Assembly: GCA_008632985.1 (NCBI GenBank)
Contig: QPGO01000084.1
Coordinates: forward strand, 248,001-312,000
DNA from: Psammoneis japonica
Taxonomy: Eukaryota
Reading direction: 5' to 3'
DNA: 64,000 bases
A model generated the notes under the pieces. It saw nothing but the letters and a program-made list of their open reading frames with translations, was not told where the DNA came from and made no database searches. Of this stretch, positions 1-13,329 are shown in pieces. Every line of letters starts with the position of its first letter. The first letter of the stretch is position 1. The position numbers and the translations under genes were made by a program.

Positions 1-1236
1 ATGATCTCTGTGGTGGACTCTCCACGCCGATTGGATTTTTGTAGCAGCGTCGATCTGCTCACTGCCAGAAGCGACGCCAAAAGTTTCCATCGTTTTAATT
101 GATTTCAGCCTGTTGGCCTCCTTCGACGCAAGGTAAGAACGACATTGGGTTTGGGCAATTATGATGTCTGACAAGTCCCTCTTCATTGCTTAGAAGCCAG
201 AAAACTCCGTACCCTAGCTTGAATACGAAAATAGCGTAGTCAAGAATCTTGAGGAAGTTCGAAAAGTGCCAGAACTGTCACCAGGTCTTCTGGATGAGAA
301 CTGCGCTTCGCTTTTTCATCTTCAGCGTTCCTTTGAGCTGACCAGCGTCGAACAACGCTTTGAACAATCAAACATCTGCCAGATAGTGCAAGTAATTCAT
401 ACAATCGTCGTAAGATCTCCATTGGGACTGAATAACGACAGCGGCTCGAACCCTACGGGCATAATCTTCCGATTCTTTGACAGCTTTTCTCGAAAAATAT
501 TCCTTGCGTGCAGCCCATCGACGAACCACGCTTTGCACGATGATGACGTCAAGCCGATCGAAGTTGTAATTCATCGCCGCGCTTCGGCCCCTCCACATTC
601 GCTGGATCGCTAGAGCACTGCGTTGTACCTTTTCGAGGTGTTGACGAACCAAATATCCTCGAATGATTGATTGCACCTGGATGATGAAAGCTAGACGGTA
701 CGTGGCATCCTCAATGGCGAGCTTCATACGAATGAAACTCTGGACCAAGGTCACCTAGTAGATATCATCGTAAACAGAAATTGTCGCAAGGTACCCCTAA
801 CGATACGTTGGATCTGCGTAGCGCAGAAATGTCTATCGTCGATAATATTCCGAATAAGCCAACCTCTGAGAGCAGCCTGGGCCGTGACTGCGGCGTCGAG
901 TGTGGTAAGGTAATCGATCTCAGCATGTTTTTGTCGTGCAAAGGTTTGTATCTTGAGAGCGCTAATGTAGAAACGATAGTTCCTGTATGCTATCCAACGA
1001 CGGACGCAGGCCTGCAGTTTCATTGCACTTCGATTTGTTCCAAGCCGGGATTTAACAATCCAACGACGCGCGTACGCCTGTATCACAATCAATCCAAACA
1101 TTCGATTCAGGGCCTCTCGTTCTGCTACGCACCGACGGATCATTGCTTGGATGGGTGTAACCGCTGTTGCGAGCAACCTCATACCCGCGAGCTGAAGAGG
1201 ATCCATATCCGCTGGATCGGTCTGCGCGTCATGCAA
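1..1236 (-). pseudogene. IQ calmodulin-binding repeat protein (abnormal spindle/ASPM-like), frameshifted fragment
   Basis: ORFs 751-1236, 368-754 and 240-422 carry many IQ motifs (IQAMIRR, IQAYARRW, LQACVRRW, IQRIVRG, VQSIIRGYLVR, IQRMWRG, IQSQWRS) but lie in different frames, with no convincing introns joining them. Confidence 0.65.
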
Positions 1237-4200
1237 TTCATTAGGATAACAGCAAACTCATGAGACAAAGTCAGAAAGAACAATGATGGGGTTCTTACGG
1301 ACGACCTTACCATCACTGGCGTTGAAACACCGGCAGCAATGTAACAAGCAAAAACGTATAATTCGTGCAACTTGCGTCCACCCGATGTGCAGTAGCTATC
1401 CCCCTTGACCCCACGGCCACGACACATCCAGGTACTTTTTGAAATCCTGCGCGCTCAAAGCACACCAGTCTTTCTTGACAATGCGAATTCGATGCTCAAT
1501 GCCCAATACATTGCCCGTCTATGACGCACCTCCTGACAACTGATTGCTAGAGGGCCCTACTGACTCCAGTCTTGGAACATGTTCGCAGTCTCGTTTGCGG
1601 TCACAATCACCTTGACAACGACCGAGCCGAGCATCGGTTTCAAAGATATTGATTGCAATAAGTGCTATCTCCTTTATCTCCGTGTTGGTTTGTGTAGCAG
1701 GGGAATATCTGACGGTGATAGAGAGGGCTCTAGAGTTGAAGAATGCGAGGTTGAAACAGTTGCGCTTGTTGGGTTAGTTCCATTGGCGGCGCCAGAGCCA
1801 GTGTCGATAGATAAAAGCAATAGTCCTTGTTCTTCTTCCCAGAGCCAAGCAACCTGGAACTGTACAAAGAAACGACATGAGACGAATGTTATAATACAAA
1901 GCATTCGTTGAGCAAAGAAACTGTACACGTTCCACGAATCCGCCTCGTTTGAAACAGCGTAACCCGGGCTCACAGTGTCGGTTGCTATCGCAATCGCCTG
2001 GGAAGTAGAAAAGTTATACGAGCTGAGAGTGTGGACAAAAGCATAATTTAATTTCTCTCCGACTTCTTGATAGCGCACTTACCTTGACATGTGCCCAGTC
2101 GAGGTCTGCACCAAACTTCAGAACTTGAAGATCGGTAGGGTTTAAAGTGGGAGGCTGTATTGCGGGCAGGGGGTCTGTGCTCGCCTGTGGGCAAGGCGAA
2201 GAGGAAGTTTAATGGATAGAGGTGGTGCACTGCCACCGTCGTCCAACTCGACATCGGTCATGGCAGTGTGATCGAAGTCTTCGATCGATGTAGTTTAAAC
2301 AGAAATCGTGGCCAATATATTTGCGTGCAGGCGTATTACCGGAATTTGCTTGTATGATGACCCCATTGATTGCATAGCATTCTTGCCAAAAAACCTGTAT
2401 CATTTGCCGCCTAGATGAGCGTGTCCAAAAAGCACTGCGACCTTCATATCGAAGACCCTTAAGAGTAAGAAGCAAGTTTGTCTTTTATCGCTAATCCATC
2501 CGAAGGAATTCAAATAACCGCACGCGCAATTGAGGTGTTGGCGCATCGAAGGTACGAAACGACCTGCAGGTGACTGCAGTAAGGTTATCTTTGTCGTCAT
2601 AAAGAGAGTCGAGCAAGTCGTAGTTCTGCAGATAGTCATCAACGGATCTCTCTACTGCGAACAGCGAAGCGATCATCGTTCTTCGTGCTCAAACTTGTCT
2701 CGACAGATCACCTTTTGCCGGACCGTAACCATGTCTGATCCACGCAGCAGCAATGAGTGGAGGATGGAAAAGGAAGAGGATCGACAGTATGATACGGTAA
2801 GAAGCCAAGCACCATGGTGACTGCTACGGTATGATAGCTTATTTCCTTCGGCACGGAACTACAAACATTAAAATTATACGAACATATATAATAAATATTC
2901 TTTATTTCGAAAATTTCAACGTCAGCAAGACTTTTACGGTAATTTGGGAACCCACCTCGCCCCACCATGATGGATGCGGAATGCGGACACCGTATGATAG
3001 ATTATGGCGGCAGATGCGACGCCGGCAGAAGAGTGGCAAGCTTCTCTGAATGCGACATATAATCGTCTTTTATCGAAGTGTCAATGTCTCCTGACGGCGG
3101 CATCATCCGTTGCAAGTTGTTGTGAGCTCGACGTTGTTTTTGCGGCATCAGTGTGTCGACTTTGTGCACTCATCTTGCTTTGTTTTTTCAATGATAGATT
3201 GACCAAAAATGGCTGAAGGTGGTGAAATGACTTCGCCTCAAGATCCACCACCGCCACTTTTGTTGTGGGTGCCTCAATGAGCTCCCTCCAAGCTCAACTC
3301 TCGGCGTCCGCACAAACTTGCCGGGTCTCGTCGACTTTAAGATTGTCTGAATCACTCATGAAAGAAGACATTGTGGAATCAGAGGTAGAGCTGCAATGTT
3401 TGGAGGCATATTCTGTGACAATAGAAGCAAAATATCAGGCTGGCGAGTTGGAAGCTGAATTGTTGAAGTGAAGAATTGCATCTCATGACGATTCGATTGA
3501 TTCGCATCTTGATTCGCATGACGGTCGACGTTTTCGATTACTCGTATGTGGTAGTACATGGGAATATTTTGAAATGTGGCTATAATGTCAAAAAGAGAGG
3601 AGCCGTGCTATGATGATTCACGTTCAGCATGCTGAAGTTACGGAAAGGATGTCCGACCTTTTGTCGTGTCGGACGCAAGACAACTTTGTTCTCGGGAGGG
3701 CTTCACTACGAGTATGGAACGGTAGTAGCCACTCTCGCCGAGTCTCATTGAAAACAAGAAAAGCCGCTTTGGCTGTTTCGTTGTCGAATTTCGAGTAGCC
3801 TACGTTGGCTTATGAAAGCAAATTCAGTCCAGGAAGCGTTGCCGCCGAAGAAAACGCTCTTCTCGCTACTGCTTTTGACGTCTAGACTGTGGAACTGTCG
3901 TTTCCATACACAGACATACTCTTGGAACTACCTGAAAAGCTGCCAGTAGGCCATCTCGTTTACATGAAAAGCGGCTTGGTATGGAACTTGGACAAGCTAC
4001 ACCACGATTAATAAAGGGAAGCAAAAACAGAAACGCCTTATCGCTAAGTAACGAATATCTTTTTCGAAACAGCGGGTAGGAGCCGGATACACTTGCTATC
4101 TCGGAAGAGGGAAGTGAAACATTGGACTTTACCAATCTTGGATTGCAACAAGAAAAAGCAGCCACGGTAAGAGCGAGAATTTGATTGTTGTGAATTGTGT

Positions 4201-6930
4201 GGTTGCTTTATGGTTGTTCTTGCTACAACATCTCTTCTGTTTCGCTCTTCTTAGGCTACTCTGCCCACGTCGACACAAATTGTATGGACGTATATTATTG
4301 AGCTTGCCTTTTTGCACGAAACTCTCAATGGATGGAGTGTGGCTGGCACTATCTCATCATATGGGATACATGCTCTTGGCGGAATTCATCAGAATGCTTC
4401 CCACGCGAGCCAAGGAAGAAACGGAACCATTGCTCATGGAGCAGCAGGATCCAAACAAGGAGCATGTTCGATTACTGCATTATTTCAAAGATGTAGATAA
4501 ACTCAATGTTGTACTTCTGCAATCTCAAATAAAAGTTATTCCATTACCAGCATGCGTACAATACTTCTCTACGATTAGGGTTACAGTATTCTTTGAACCG
4601 ACTTCTCTTTTATTGCAGTAGCCTATGTTGAATATTTCGAATACACTTGTCGCTCTAGAGCATGGAGCATACAGTGTAGTGTTTACAGTGTGACCGTATG
4701 ATAGAGGGTACGGTAGAGCGCATTTTTCTACCTGGTGTGGGTAGAGGGTTTCGCTCGAGTCCCGGATTTTATTCACAAGCACCATCACCAAACGCAGCTG
4801 CAGCACTCAAGGAAAGGGGAAAATTTGTGAAGCAAAGTGTGATGCACAGGCACAAGAATTTGGTGTAGAAGCAGTGCATCCAGCCACACAGTGCTGATGG
4901 ATGCAAGAGGCACCAACAAAAAAGAAGCCAGAGGGTGCTGGCGCCCCAGCTCTTGCAGAGAGCTGTGCCTGTGTGCTGCAGCTTGAACAAGCAGGTGGAA
5001 GGGGTTGACAAGGTGCCAAAAGGGAGAGTGGCAAGACTTTTTGTCACTGAACACAAGCAGTTGAGATGCTCTGCAGCACAACCCAGAGCAAGAGCTCATT
5101 GTTGACCCCAGCTGGCCAGTGTGAAAAATCCCTGCATGTTGTCAATGACCAAAGCAGCACCCCACAAAAAGTGTTTTCAGCACCACTTTGACACGTCACC
5201 CAGTTTGTTTTGAGAGCTGCCTCACAACAACAAGAGCTGCACCAGTGCTCATTGCAAAATCTCCAAGCTTGCCCAAAAAGCATCGTTGGACAAGCTTGAG
5301 CTGAAAATGTCTCTCTCTCTCTCTCTCTCTGCTGCCGTGTGCTGCTTGTGTCAAATGAGAACAGAAAAGCATGTCCTCCAGCATGACCTCTCTTTAGAGC
5401 CAGAAAATTGTCTTTGCAGATTTGGCTTGCAGCTTTGGTGCAGAACTCCCAACACGATGCTTCACAGAGAGGCAACCCAGCAGCAGAAAGCAGCTCTGAA
5501 TGTTGGAGCAGCAAGCTGCCAGAGCAACAACAGCAACAAAAAGATGAAAAGGTTGAAGTCACAGCATCTGAGGTGGATAGAAATGACCTCCAGCATGCAC
5601 TGGGGCAAGGTCGGCAGCAGCAGAAGCAGTGCAGGGCAAGCAACAAAAGGCTTGCTTTTGTGAGGAGGGCGTGAGCAAAGTCAAAAAGCCATGCAGAGAA
5701 AAGCAAACCAGCTTCGTGCAGCCTTGGTCAGGTGGCGGCTCATGCGCACATTGTCACGCACAGCCACAGCTGCTTGTGAGAGATGCCATGCATGCAGCAC
5801 AAAAGAAGGTGTGCTGTTGGTCAGCTCCCAGCTGCAAGAGCTCGGCCTCTTGCATCACCAGCTCAGGACACTTTGTGGAAAAGTTAAAAAGCAAAATGCT
5901 TTGACCAGTGTGCACAGCACGGCGACAGGAAGTGGGTGAGACAAGCCTGTTCTGAGAGAGGAAGGGGGGGGCAGCTGCCAAGCACTCCTGCTGCAAAGAC
6001 GAGAAGAAAAGACCAAAGAGATTGGAAACATGCAACAGCTGACAATGGCATTTCTTTCTGCTTGGAATGCCTTTTCATTTTCTGAGTTCACTCTCCTTGT
6101 TGCTTGTGTTGGGCTGGCAAAATTTGTTCCAAGATCTGTCCTCTTTCTGTGCACACTGCATCACAGAGGTTCAAAGCTGTGTTTGATGATCAGCTGGGTT
6201 CAAACGACAAAGGGGCAATGTGTGATGACTCTAAAAGTTGCCCTGTTGAGCATGTCATGCAACAAATTCGTCTTCATGTGCGGCATGACCTTGTGACGTC
6301 CTTTCCCTCATGTGCGGCACAAAATTTGCACCGCGCATGAGGTGCATTCACTTGAGGTGGTGCGGGTGCAAAAGTGGGCCAGATTCTGTGTGCGCAGAGC
6401 TCAGCACATTTTCTGCACAAATTGCCAAAGTCGGCTTGCCAACTTGGCTTGAACCCTCTCCTGGGTGATGGAAACTTGGACATTTCACATGACAAAATGT
6501 TTGGACCACCCAATTGCACTCCCCTCAACTTTTTCATCAAGAGAAGTTGCAAGTTTCCAAAGGTTTCTTGTTTGCGGGGCTCTTCAAAACTTGAATGTTG
6601 TGATTTTGGCACCTTTTTGATTAGATTTGTCATGTGTTCTGGGCACCATCTCATGTCCAGAGGTCAATCACAAACTGATGCCAGCACAGATGGCCTTTGC
6701 AGGTGCTTCAAACAACTCCTCCTTGCACAAATCCTTGGCACCCAAACACAAGCTGCTGGGGACAAGCCATGTTGGCCATTTGGTTTCTTTTGTGCTGTGG
6801 GGTCAGACCAAGAAATGCAGCACTGCTGACAAAAAAAGAAGATGAGTTTTGTGTGGATTGCTTGCTCCCCCATCACCTTGCATTGCTGCTGTCCCAATGG
6901 TCAAGATGCTGACAAGGGGAGGTTTCTGAA

Positions 6931-7192
6931 GGCCTGCTCCAGCTCCAGGTGCTCCGGGCGGGTTTGATTCCCCCATCATTTGGCAATTTGTGCATTTGGC
7001 GCAATTGACTTTTTCCAAATCCGTTTTTTGCCAAATCAAAGGGCAAGTGTGCACTTTGCATGCATTTTTGGGTGTGCACTTGCCTTGCAATTTTCGAAAC
7101 GATCAAAATTGAAGGAGTTCAATGCACTGAACTGTGCAGAAAATCGGTCTCTCGTGTGATGAAAAGCGGATCACCTGGAGCTGGAACAGGCC
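6931..7192. mobile_element. MITE, ~26-bp TIRs (GGCCTG(C/T)TCCAGCTCCAGGTG), 4-bp TSD TGAA
   Basis: 6931 ggcctgctccagctccaggtgctccg is the reverse complement of cggatcacctggagctggaacaggcc ending at 7192 (2 mismatches). TGAA flanks both ends. Confidence 0.8.
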
Positions 7193-7253
7193 TGAAACAT
7201 GTTTGCTCCTTTTGCTTTCTTCCAAATGGAGAGCAGCACGCAAGTCTCTGGAC

Positions 7254-7643
7254 GACGCGTTCCAGCTCTAGGTGGGACCTCGTACTACTGAACTGTGACA
7301 TCGATAGTTTTTTGGATCGCACCGTATGTCGCGCACGTAGAATTGTACGAGACTTTTGTGAAATTTTGTATCATTTTGTGGTACACTTATTGAGCGATCC
7401 GTCCAACAACTTTTGACATTTTTTGTTACAGCGCGATTCTATAATGTCTTAAGAATCGCGCAGGGCAGGCGTATTTGCAAAAATGTCGAGTGGCAAGAGG
7501 CATAATTGTACCACAAACTTGGCCGTTTATTTGATGTTGAAGATAAATATATCCGTTAATTAGATTCTCGTACTACGGAGCTCGCACGTAGAATTCTACG
7601 GGCCCAATGTCACACGGAGTCCCACCTAGGACTGGAACCCGTC
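7254..7643. mobile_element. MITE (390 bp), TIR GACGCGTTCCAGnnnTAGGTGGGAC, 4-bp TSD GGAC; least-mutated copy
   Basis: Terminal inverted repeats, GGAC at 7250-7253 and 7644-7647, and full-length similarity to copies at 54280-54669 and 55024-55413. Confidence 0.9.
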
Positions 7644-8849
7644 GGACAACAAGTCACCAGTGCCGCAGATTGTGATGTTGACATTGGGCAAGGGGGACAT
7701 TGATTGTGTGCTGCCACTCTTGCAACATGGGAATGTTGCCCTCCTTGGCAGTCAGGTGACAAGAATCACCCAATGAAATGACCAAGCCAAGACACCGTGC
7801 ATTGGCCAAATTGTCTGGCGGGGTCTTTCACAGCACTCTTGCACTCATGGTTGTCAAACACTCCCTTGGAATGGTGGGTTGTGGCGTGCACAACATCATG
7901 GAGAACCACTTGTTCCTGCTTTTTGAGAAGCACTGGCAAGCTTTGTTGCAGCCAACAACCCCTTTCAGCCCAGAGCTTGTCAAACACCCCTTTTGAAGCA
8001 GCCGCCAATGACTCTCACTTGGCTGCCAAGGGCAGCTCTTGTTGTTGTTTGCTTTGAAAACAAGCTTGACATTTCCAGGGACTTGCAAAGGGCTGCTGTG
8101 GTTGACAACAAGCTCCCAGGAGCAGCTGCAGTGCTGGCCATTTTTTGGGATCTGTTCAGCAGGTTGCTGGTGCTGTGGGTCACTTTGATCATGTGTTCTT
8201 GCTTGGGGTGCCTTGGGTGCATCAGATGTGTCTTGTGATGCAGCAACAGACCAGACTGCTGCTGCCACATGAGGTGCTGATGAAATCAAGAAGGTGCCAT
8301 GTGCCGGGGGTTGGCTGTTGAGAGGTGCTCAGCAAACAACCTGCAAAGATGAGGAAACATTTGCCATGAGCCCACAGCGGTGCTGGGGGTGCCCTTGCTT
8401 CCTTTTTTGTGGCGGCACTGGAGTGTGCTGGGGGAGCACCCATGGCCACTGGCAAGCCTGATCGCCTGATTGGCTCACTTGTTGGAGCGCAATGCAAAAT
8501 GTGCGAAGCCTTCTCGTGGTGGAATGCGAAGAAGGCAAAGTCACAACAACTCACCACAGACGTCACAGTGCACTGTAGACAGACCGATGACGTGCAATGT
8601 TTTTGGCGGGACAGGAATTTGAAAGACGCGTGCATGCGCGCACGCACCAAATTCGAAAAAGATCCATTGTGCATGTAGAAACACTGCCTGATTCTACGGA
8701 GAATCCACTTTGTGGTGCACAAAGTCATGCAGGTTCTACGGAATGCATCAAAAACTCGAGTCATGCAGTGAGTCACAAGCATCACATCGCCACCGTCACA
8801 ACTCAACAGCATTGAGAACATTTGACATTGCATTGACATCATTGGCAGG

Positions 8850-10754
8850 ATGAACTTCACCAAAGGCGCTCTCCCCGCAGTGGCTGGCGGAGCCAACGAC
8901 AAGAACAATGACGGGAGCGACTCGGAGGGATTGCAATCGCCACATTCTTCTGTCGACAAGTTGTTCTCACCGCGTTCAAACAACACCACCGATGAGCTTG
9001 CATCTCTGCGTTCGAATGGTGCCGAGGATGAGTTCGCTTCCCCTCATTCCGCTGGCGCAGAGCAGCCGCTCAACAACGAAAGGCCGCGTTCTGTTGGCGC
9101 TGTGGTTGAAACCGAATCACCGAGTGCTGCCGTGGAAGGAAAGGTGAGATGGTTGAACTCAGCATCTTTTCCGTGCGTGCCAGCACGTCCATCTTTTGCT
9201 CATCATTGCTTGTGTCGCATTGTTTGTTTTCATGGACAGCGTTCTTTCGCCGCCATCTTTCCTGACGCGAACGTGCCAACCCAGGATCGGGCAAAGTGGC
9301 TTTACGAAAACTTCAACATCTTCACTCAAGACGACATGGACAGGGCAGTCAAGGAGCTGACAATCGGAAAAAATGCAAGCTTCGACATGTGCGGAACGCA
9401 GTTGCATTTCAAAGAAAAAGGAAACTCCATGCTGCCAAGGACACTCCTCCGGTCTTCATGTGCCATGGCCAACGTGGCAGCTCAAAAGATACAAAGTGTC
9501 TTCTTGTGCTTCAAGATCCAAACGATTTAGGGCCTGTGGTGGACAAGCACAGGCAAGAACATGTCCGTCATGACCCAAGTGCAAAAAACGAAAAGCGGGC
9601 GGCGTTTTCATCTGAGGTCTCGCATCGAGTCGCTACTTCCAACATCAAGCTTGTGAAAGCACTGTGGAAATTCATTCGCCCACAAGAAGAGGAGCGTGAA
9701 GAGTTTCTCAAGAAGTACAGCAAGAACCAGTCCTCTCCTCTCAAGGCCATCAACCCCGGCGAGGATAGTTTCGAGGATGAAACTGCTGTTGTGAGCACTC
9801 CGCCTGGGCTGCTTCCGGAAACCGTCGCGGAGGTAAGTATCGCGCGTTCATTTAAATTGTCGAGGAGCGATCCCATTTGTCTCACGTGTTGCATTTCGTT
9901 CTCCTTTTTATGCTGTACTGTAGGGCTACTCTGACGATGCCCATTCGTTGCCAGAGTTTGAAGGAATGTCCCGTCGGCAGGTGGAGCATGCCCTCCGGAC
10001 AGCTCTGGAAAAACTCAAGCAATCCGAGAAGGAAAACATCGAACTCAGAAAGGAAGAACACGAACTTCAAAAGAAAGATCACGAGCTTCGAAAGGAAGAA
10101 GCAAAGCAACGTGCTGAAGAACACGAGCTTCGAAAGAGAGATTATCAGCTTCAAGAGGAAGAACGGAGGGCAAACATGGAAGCCTTGAAAGGAACACCCA
10201 TGGCGAAGGCTTCATCGGCTGTGCCAGGAACGCCCATGGCGGTCGCGTCGTCAGCTCCTTTCACTCCGGTTGCGACGTTGGTTCCTGTCACTCCGGCTCG
10301 TTCAAGCACCAACCGCGCTGTCTCTTTTGCAGACCGTCTTAGCGATGCAGCCACGCCTCATTCTGGTACAGGCGTCACTCTGTTGACTACGAATGGCGCT
10401 GAGTACAGCGCCACCACTGCTGCCGCAGCCAACACTGCCCCTGCACCAGCTGACCATGGCTCCAGCGACCGTGACAATGCTACCACTACCACCATACCCA
10501 ATGCTGTCCGTGGCGTCCGCGACCATGACAATACCACCACTACTACCGCACCCAAAGCTGTTCGTGGCTCCCGCGGCTTCAACGTCGGTGACAAATGTCG
10601 TGTCATAAAGGGACAAGCGATGGATGAGGTGGTGGAGATTGTTTGTCAGAAAAAGAACAACTGTTACACTGTGAAGAAACGCGATGGCACAGAGCTCTCG
10701 AAGAAAAAACACCAATTGGAGTTCCTCGATCACTCTCTCAACGATGCCGAGTGA
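8850..10754 (+). CDS. Hypothetical protein with coiled-coil and C-terminal KOW/SH3-like motif; multi-exon, one apparent frameshift (~9490-9520), possibly a pseudogene
   Basis: Probable introns at 9144-9239 (gtgaga..ggacag) and ~9833-9922 (gtaagt..tgtag). Repeated EHELRK heptads. The C-terminus FNVGDKCRVIKG...YTVKKRDG resembles KOW. Confidence 0.5.
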
Positions 10755-11149
10755 TCTGATCCTTGGTGCTCCGGGGGAGAGACGAGACCGTAGAAAGTCT
10801 TATCTCACGGTGAGCGAAAAATATCGTAGATGGCGAGGGGATCAAATCATAGCGTCACGTGCAATAATAGCTCTTCATTTTACGAAAATCATTTGTTATC
10901 TAGCTAGCGTTGATAAAGACGAATGAGCTTAAGAAAAAGTAGACTCCCAACAACTACTAGCTTATGTCATTTGAGTGGATGATCAAAACCGTCTTGAAAC
11001 GACATCATACTCCCATTGTCAATGGTTGCCTTCAAGTTTTCTCCTGAAAAGTACGCATTCTGTCCAAACCATTTCAAGTCGATGCTTGGAGGGGTGGGAG
11101 GGAGCGGTACGGGAGATGGTGTAGGACGAGGTGGGATGATGCTGTCGTG

Positions 11150-13305
11150 AAAAGCCGTGAATCAAATCAAACGCCAACACAAGCACGCATTATCTCGTCG
11201 GTGCACAAAGTGTGATAACTTGTCGTGTAACACTTTCGATTGTTTTTCTTGGTTATGTTTGGCGATCACAGTAGCGTCAGATGCCATTCCTTTCTTGATG
11301 GGCTTGGCAAACTAATTTTCAAAGGCTGATGATTCCTTGCTCAAACAAACAGGGTGCACCCAAGAGGCCATGTGATAGTACGCAAGTAAGTTGTTCTGAA
11401 ATGGCGTCCCGGCGAGAACGATGCGGTGCTACGTCTTGATCGCTCTCAGTCCCTTGTGAATTTGTATTGTGTAGAGCTACTCCTTATTTGTATTATTTGA
11501 TGAGCTTCGTGCAGCACCTCGATGTCAGGTCCAGGGGATTGAAGAGCTGGAGGCGCCAATGCATTCAGAACCTTTACCATAAGTGTCATTGCCGCTGTAC
11601 GCTTTATAATACAACGCTGCACAAAAGCTTGCCATCCTTGACATCTTCTTCCGATGATTGAGCCATTCCCAAATAGAGCGTATTCGTCACCTGGCGTAGA
11701 ATAATCACATTCGTGAGAAGAACATAGGCAAGAAAGGTTTCAATGCATAGACAGAGTTTTATCACAAGAAGCACGCCACCTCTGTCGCTACAAGCTTTGA
11801 TCGTTTTACCCCGAGAAGACCTGTGCACGTCATTCAGATTGGAAGTGTTGGTGTCGGGCCAGCGAGACGCTACCCACTTTCGGAATTCGCTCTCCCGCAG
11901 TTTACCAACTAGTAGCGCCAAGATCGAGAATAAGACAATGTGTCAGAACGGAGATCGTACGCAGCAAAGCAAGAACCCGACCCGATTAAGTGATACGTAC
12001 GATATTGGTTGGGACAACGAGAAGCGCGATACGAATCATAGGGGTACCCGACACCTTCAAAGAAGGGTGATAAAGTAAGGTATGAAGCAAGGCAATCGCT
12101 TGGAGCGACTTGCCAAGTCCCACACTGTTTGCAAGGATACATCCGCCAACGTTCCCGTCTGCCTTTCCATCATTTGCTTCATCGTCGGACGTTGTAGAAA
12201 AGTCACAGCAAACGTTGTCCCACATGAATTTGATCCCATCTACTTGATGCTGAAACGAGGGAGATAAATTTAAAACACTTTTCGAGTGAGACAAAATAGA
12301 ACGTCAAGGTGTGGCAGTGCAGCCTACGATGCGAAGTTGTTACCTCCTTCATTTGATTGGCTAAGTTCGGGTGAACAGAAAGGATTCGCTTCCCATTGGG
12401 TGGAGTCAGGACCAAATCAGACTCGCCGTCGAAAAATCCTTGTTCCGCTTTTAAGCCAGCCTCGCAGATGCAGTCATTGCCGTGTCCTTTCTACCACAAG
12501 ACGCACTTTGTCGAGCTGGGCGTTTAGAAATTGCAACTGGCACATGCTTTCCCCAACTGCCAGCCCTAGGATGCGCAAGCGTTGTGATTGACTCTCCGAC
12601 CTTACGACCTTGTCGATGTAGCAACATTTGGCCACGTCAGACTCCTCCAGAGACGCTATGTCGTTGCGCTCTTTGCTCCCCGGCGGCATCAGCAGTGTTT
12701 TTCGTTTCGGACTCCAGTTTTAAATTCTTTTAGCATTTGGTCTTCGCAACGCAACGCGTGCCGAATGCTCTTGACGCGACTGTCATATGATTCGGGTGCT
12801 ATCGCTTGGCTCCGCCATTGTTTGGAGCCCCTCCCTCTTTGACCAAACCGAGAGATTCCCATCACACAAATGTCTTCAATGCACTTGATCGTGTACATCC
12901 TGTTCACAGATGTTCGACTTCGGCTGTGTCATGCCACCCGGAACCTTGCCATTTTCTCGACCGAGTTCCTTGTCTCGTTTGTCGAGCTTTTGATGTCTTT
13001 GATTTCTATTCGGGCTTGTCTTCTCGAGATTCTGTACGAGCTTTGTAGAATTCCAACAAGGTCTTGTCGCATTCCTCATGTAGTCGCGCATCGGCCTCCT
13101 CTTGAAGTTCCAAGGCATGTTTGGCAACACGAGCATGATGGTCTGACTGCCCCTTGTACAGTCGTTCCATTTTTTCATCCACGACAGTCCTCGATTGGAT
13201 GGTCGGGCGCGATTTATTTTCTGATTTCTTCGAGCTTGAACCCGGGCGTGTCCCCCACAATTCAAAACGTTGAAGCTCCTCTTCTGCCATCTGAAGCTCA
13301 TCCAA
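11150..13305 (-). pseudogene. ATRX/RAD54-like SNF2 chromatin remodeller, degraded N-terminal ATPase half
   Basis: VHPNLANQMKE|HQVDGIKFMW across an intact intron (12250-12343); motif I GGCILANSVGLGKSLQAI; ALLVVP; PGPDIEVLHEAH (degenerate DEAH); RIVLAGTPFQNNL; LHDKLSHFVHRRD. Multiple stops and frameshifts. The upstream limit is uncertain. Confidence 0.8.
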
Positions 13306-13329
13306 AAATAGTCACCAACACCTTTGACT

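Larger units (their letters stand above)
4780..9500. other. TpA-depleted (hypermutated) domain D1, interrupted by a TA-retaining MITE at 7254-7643
   Basis: TA is almost absent and TG/CA very abundant. ORFs are Tyr-free and Cys/His/Gln-rich. The right edge fades gradually inside the gene at 8850-10754. Boundaries are approximate. Confidence 0.8.

Noticed and set aside
2048..4620. Short ORFs with gene-like composition
   Set aside because: No recognisable motif or consistent exon chain.
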